From the human T2T-CHM13v2.0 reference genome, Homo sapiens, in assembly GCA_009914755.4 (NCBI GenBank), contig CP086569.2:22208001-22272000 (forward strand): a DNA stretch of 64,000 nucleotides, given 5' to 3'. Position numbers and translations under genes: made by a program. Below the pieces are notes generated by a model. That model did not search any database. It saw only the letters and a list, made by a program, of their open reading frames with translations, and was not told the origin of the DNA. Shown one piece after another: positions 62,253-64,000 of the stretch. Positions within the stretch are counted from its first letter, which is position 1, and each line of letters begins with the position of its first letter.

Positions 62253-62553
62253 TTAATATCTGCTTCAGTCTCCTTTTCAGATCGACTTTCCCGACCATCT
62301 ACTGTAGATGCCACATAACTTCAGTTACCATATGCTTCACGACGAGCAGGGTGAACCCTACCCAGAGAAGGTGGATTCCTTTGGTCTTTTCTGCCAGTGT
62401 GCTCATGACCACAAAAGTAAAAATCACCGCAGCTTCTTGAGTAACTTTCTTGACTTCTGCCCTATGTATCTCGTGTATTGTTATAATCAGGGTGGCTGCT
62501 TCCACCATAAGACATCCGAGGCCCTCTTGCAGGTGGTGCACCATGAGAGGTCC
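62253..62553 (-). pseudogene. RBMY (family): RBMY-family terminal coding exon (homologous to RBMY1 '[19 protein letters not shown]...NPPSLGRV...SEKGDSSRY*'). It carries 2 in-frame stops and a 1-nt frameshift. The 3' UTR continues toward about 61900.
   Basis: A minus-strand acceptor 'tttatcaaccctgcag|GGACCTCTCATGG' is followed by the translation '[93 protein letters not shown]..'. Against RBMY1 as recalled ('..NTRDRYGRSWESY..', '..[29 protein letters not shown]') this shows a TAG, a TGA, and a deleted G in 'gaaaagGgagac'. Confidence 0.85.
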
Positions 62554-62961
62554 CTGCAGGGTTGATAAAATAATATGTGGGACTATATTTAAACACTTTT
62601 ACTGCCACCACTAAAGGATGAATTAGTTAAAGTCCTATTTGGAAATATCTGCTTTCCTCTGCCCTTGTTGACAGGATAGATATTAATTAAGCCTGCATTG
62701 GTCAGAAGGTTTTATTTAAAAGAAGTGTAAGAGTAGTATTTTGAAGCTTAACAAATTTAATTCTGAAGTAAACGTTGAGTCACTTTTTCTGCACATGAAG
62801 TTCTCTCCTTCATATCGTTCCCTACACTTTATACTGTTAGACTACTCAATATTTAAATATGTTATATTGTCCTTTATAATTTTCCTTAGAATTTCATTAA
62901 AATAATGATCTGGACTATTACATAAAATTCTTTAATTTAAAAATCCATCCTGGACTCTTAC

Positions 62962-63050
62962 CATATCCCTGAAATTCATTTTTGTAAGAACTTCCACTTG
63001 TACGATCAGAATGATCTCTACCACGGGTTTCGTCGTAGCCACCACTATCA
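62962..63050 (-). pseudogene. RBMY (family): RBMY-family exon (89 nt) encoding '(S)DSGGYDETRGRDHSDRTSGSSYKNEFQGYG'
   Basis: The acceptor is 'ttttttttttcaatttag|TGATAGTGG' and the donor is 'CAGGGATATG|gtaagag'. The phases connect to both flanking exons (ag+T gives Ser; G+GG gives Gly). RBMY1 reads '[31 protein letters not shown]' here. Confidence 0.85.
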
Positions 63051-63132
63051 CTAAATTGAAAAAAAAAATTTTTAATGTCAGAATAAACAATTTAAGAAAT
63101 CTATTTGATAAATCCAGATAATGTTATAGTAC

Positions 63133-63243
63133 CTATATCCTCTAGAGGAATGTTCATCCCGACTAGAGTGACCATTATCACAGTATGCATAGCCTCTAGA
63201 TGGTGGAGCATAATCCCTGGTTTCTTGGGAGCTTGGATGATTT
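63133..63243 (-). pseudogene. RBMY (family): RBMY-family SRGY-box exon (111 nt, 37 codons, open)
   Basis: 'cacag|AAATCATCC...GGATATAG|gtactat' translates to '[36 protein letters not shown]'. RBMY1 box 1 reads '[36 protein letters not shown]'. Confidence 0.9.
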
Positions 63244-63607
63244 CTGTGTGAGTAAGTTTAAGCAACAAATTTAAAATTTTCAACTTCTACTATCCAACAT
63301 ATAACTAAATTACAACTTAAACACAATTAAATTGCCAAACATCTAAAAAGATATTTCTCCAAATAAAATAGGCAAATGCCCAAAAACACATGGAACAGAT
63401 ACTAATAATCAGTGATTCATAAAATGCATTTCAAATCCAAAATGAGATTCCAGACTTCAAACACACACTAGAATGGCATTACATTTTAAAAAGCAGGAAG
63501 TAGCAAGTGTTTGAGAGTATGTAGATAAATTGGAACCCTAATACAATGTTAGCTGGAATGAATAACTTAAGAAATCTTTTTGACAAGTCCAGAAAAAGTT
63601 ATAGTAC

Positions 63608-63718
63608 CTATATCCTCCAGAGTAATGTTCATCCCAACTAGAATGACCATAATCATGATATGCATAGTCTCTAGATGGTGGAGCATAATCCCTAGTTTCT
63701 CAGGAGCTTGGATGATTT
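63608..63718 (-). pseudogene. RBMY (family): RBMY-family SRGY-box exon (111 nt) with an in-frame TGA
   Basis: 'cgcag|AAATCATCCAAGCTCCTGAGAAACT...GGATATAG|gtactat' translates to '[35 protein letters not shown]'. RBMY1 box 4 reads '[36 protein letters not shown]'. Confidence 0.9.
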
Positions 63719-64000
63719 CTGCGTGCATAAGTTTAAGCAACACATTTTAAATTTTCAACTTCTAGTATCCAAAACGTAACTAAGTTGCAACTTAAACAAA
63801 ATTAAAAGGTCCAAAATCTAAATGGATATTTCTTCAAATAAAATAGGCAAATGCCCAAAAAGCACATGAACAGATACTCACAATCAGTGATTCAGAAAAT
63901 GCACTTCAAATCCAAAATGAGATACCATAATTCACACACACACACACACACACACACTGGAATGGCAATAAAAGCAGGAAATAGCAAGTGTTTGACAGGA

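Larger units (their letters stand above)
63120..64000. repeat. Tandem amplification of the SRGY exon plus flanking intron, about 475-bp period (63120-63594 and 63595-64000+). The downstream unit contains a (CA)n run at 63936-63958.
   Basis: Exon and intron text repeat with a 475-bp offset ('caacttctactatccaacatataactaaattacaacttaaacacaattaaa...aaataaaataggcaaatgcccaaaaacacatggaacagatact' against 'caacttctagtatccaaaacgtaactaagttgcaacttaaacaaaattaaa...aaataaaataggcaaatgcccaaaaagcacatgaacagatact'). Confidence 0.9.

Overview
This window is human (primate) genomic DNA, not a prokaryotic locus. It contains over 15 Alu elements, three L1 insertions and two MaLR LTRs. One L1 is full length (about 6.1 kb) with decayed ORFs, one is 5'-truncated, and one shows a twin-priming inversion. 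The supplied ORF track is bacterial-style and accepts non-ATG starts (for example TTG and GTG read as M). Almost all of its long ORFs are L1 ORF1/ORF2 remnants or chance open frames in GC-rich or repeat sequence. I find no evidence for an intact protein-coding gene, RNA gene, CRISPR array or a novel system.

The two most informative signals are relics of Y-chromosomal gene families.

(1) On the minus strand at 61.9-64.0 kb there are spliced exons of an RBMY-family gene. Two 111-nt (37-codon) SRGY-box exons sit in a roughly 475-bp tandem exon-plus-intron unit. They are followed by a 'SGSSY...QGYG' exon and a terminal exon. GT/AG boundaries and reading-frame continuity are correct. The terminal exon carries two in-frame stops and a 1-nt frameshift, and the upstream SRGY-box exon carries a third in-frame stop, so I call it a pseudogene running off the window edge.

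(2) On the plus strand at 50.7-53.6 kb there is a 3-kb GC-rich, CpG-rich block. Its first about 440 bp translate to a clear TSPY-like N-terminal/exon-1 peptide ('DDIVAVVQVVVEEK..ERQEEDQRA..PGPSTPQ'). It is 5'-truncated exactly at the twin-primed L1 and shows stops and frameshifts relative to TSPY1 as I recall it. Together these place the window in a Y-chromosome TSPY/RBMY pseudogene cluster.

Other notable structure:
- a 230-bp tandem duplication that includes the 5' end of an Alu;
- a pair of 650-bp LTR-like repeats in inverted orientation about 21 kb apart;
- internal direct and inverted repeats inside and near the TSPY-like locus;
- a perfect 23-bp-arm palindrome inside a TG/TA microsatellite.

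All coordinates are by eye and good to about +/-10 bp. Homology calls rest on my memory of the TSPY1 and RBMY1A1 protein sequences and Alu/L1/MaLR consensus sequences, and should be confirmed by alignment.
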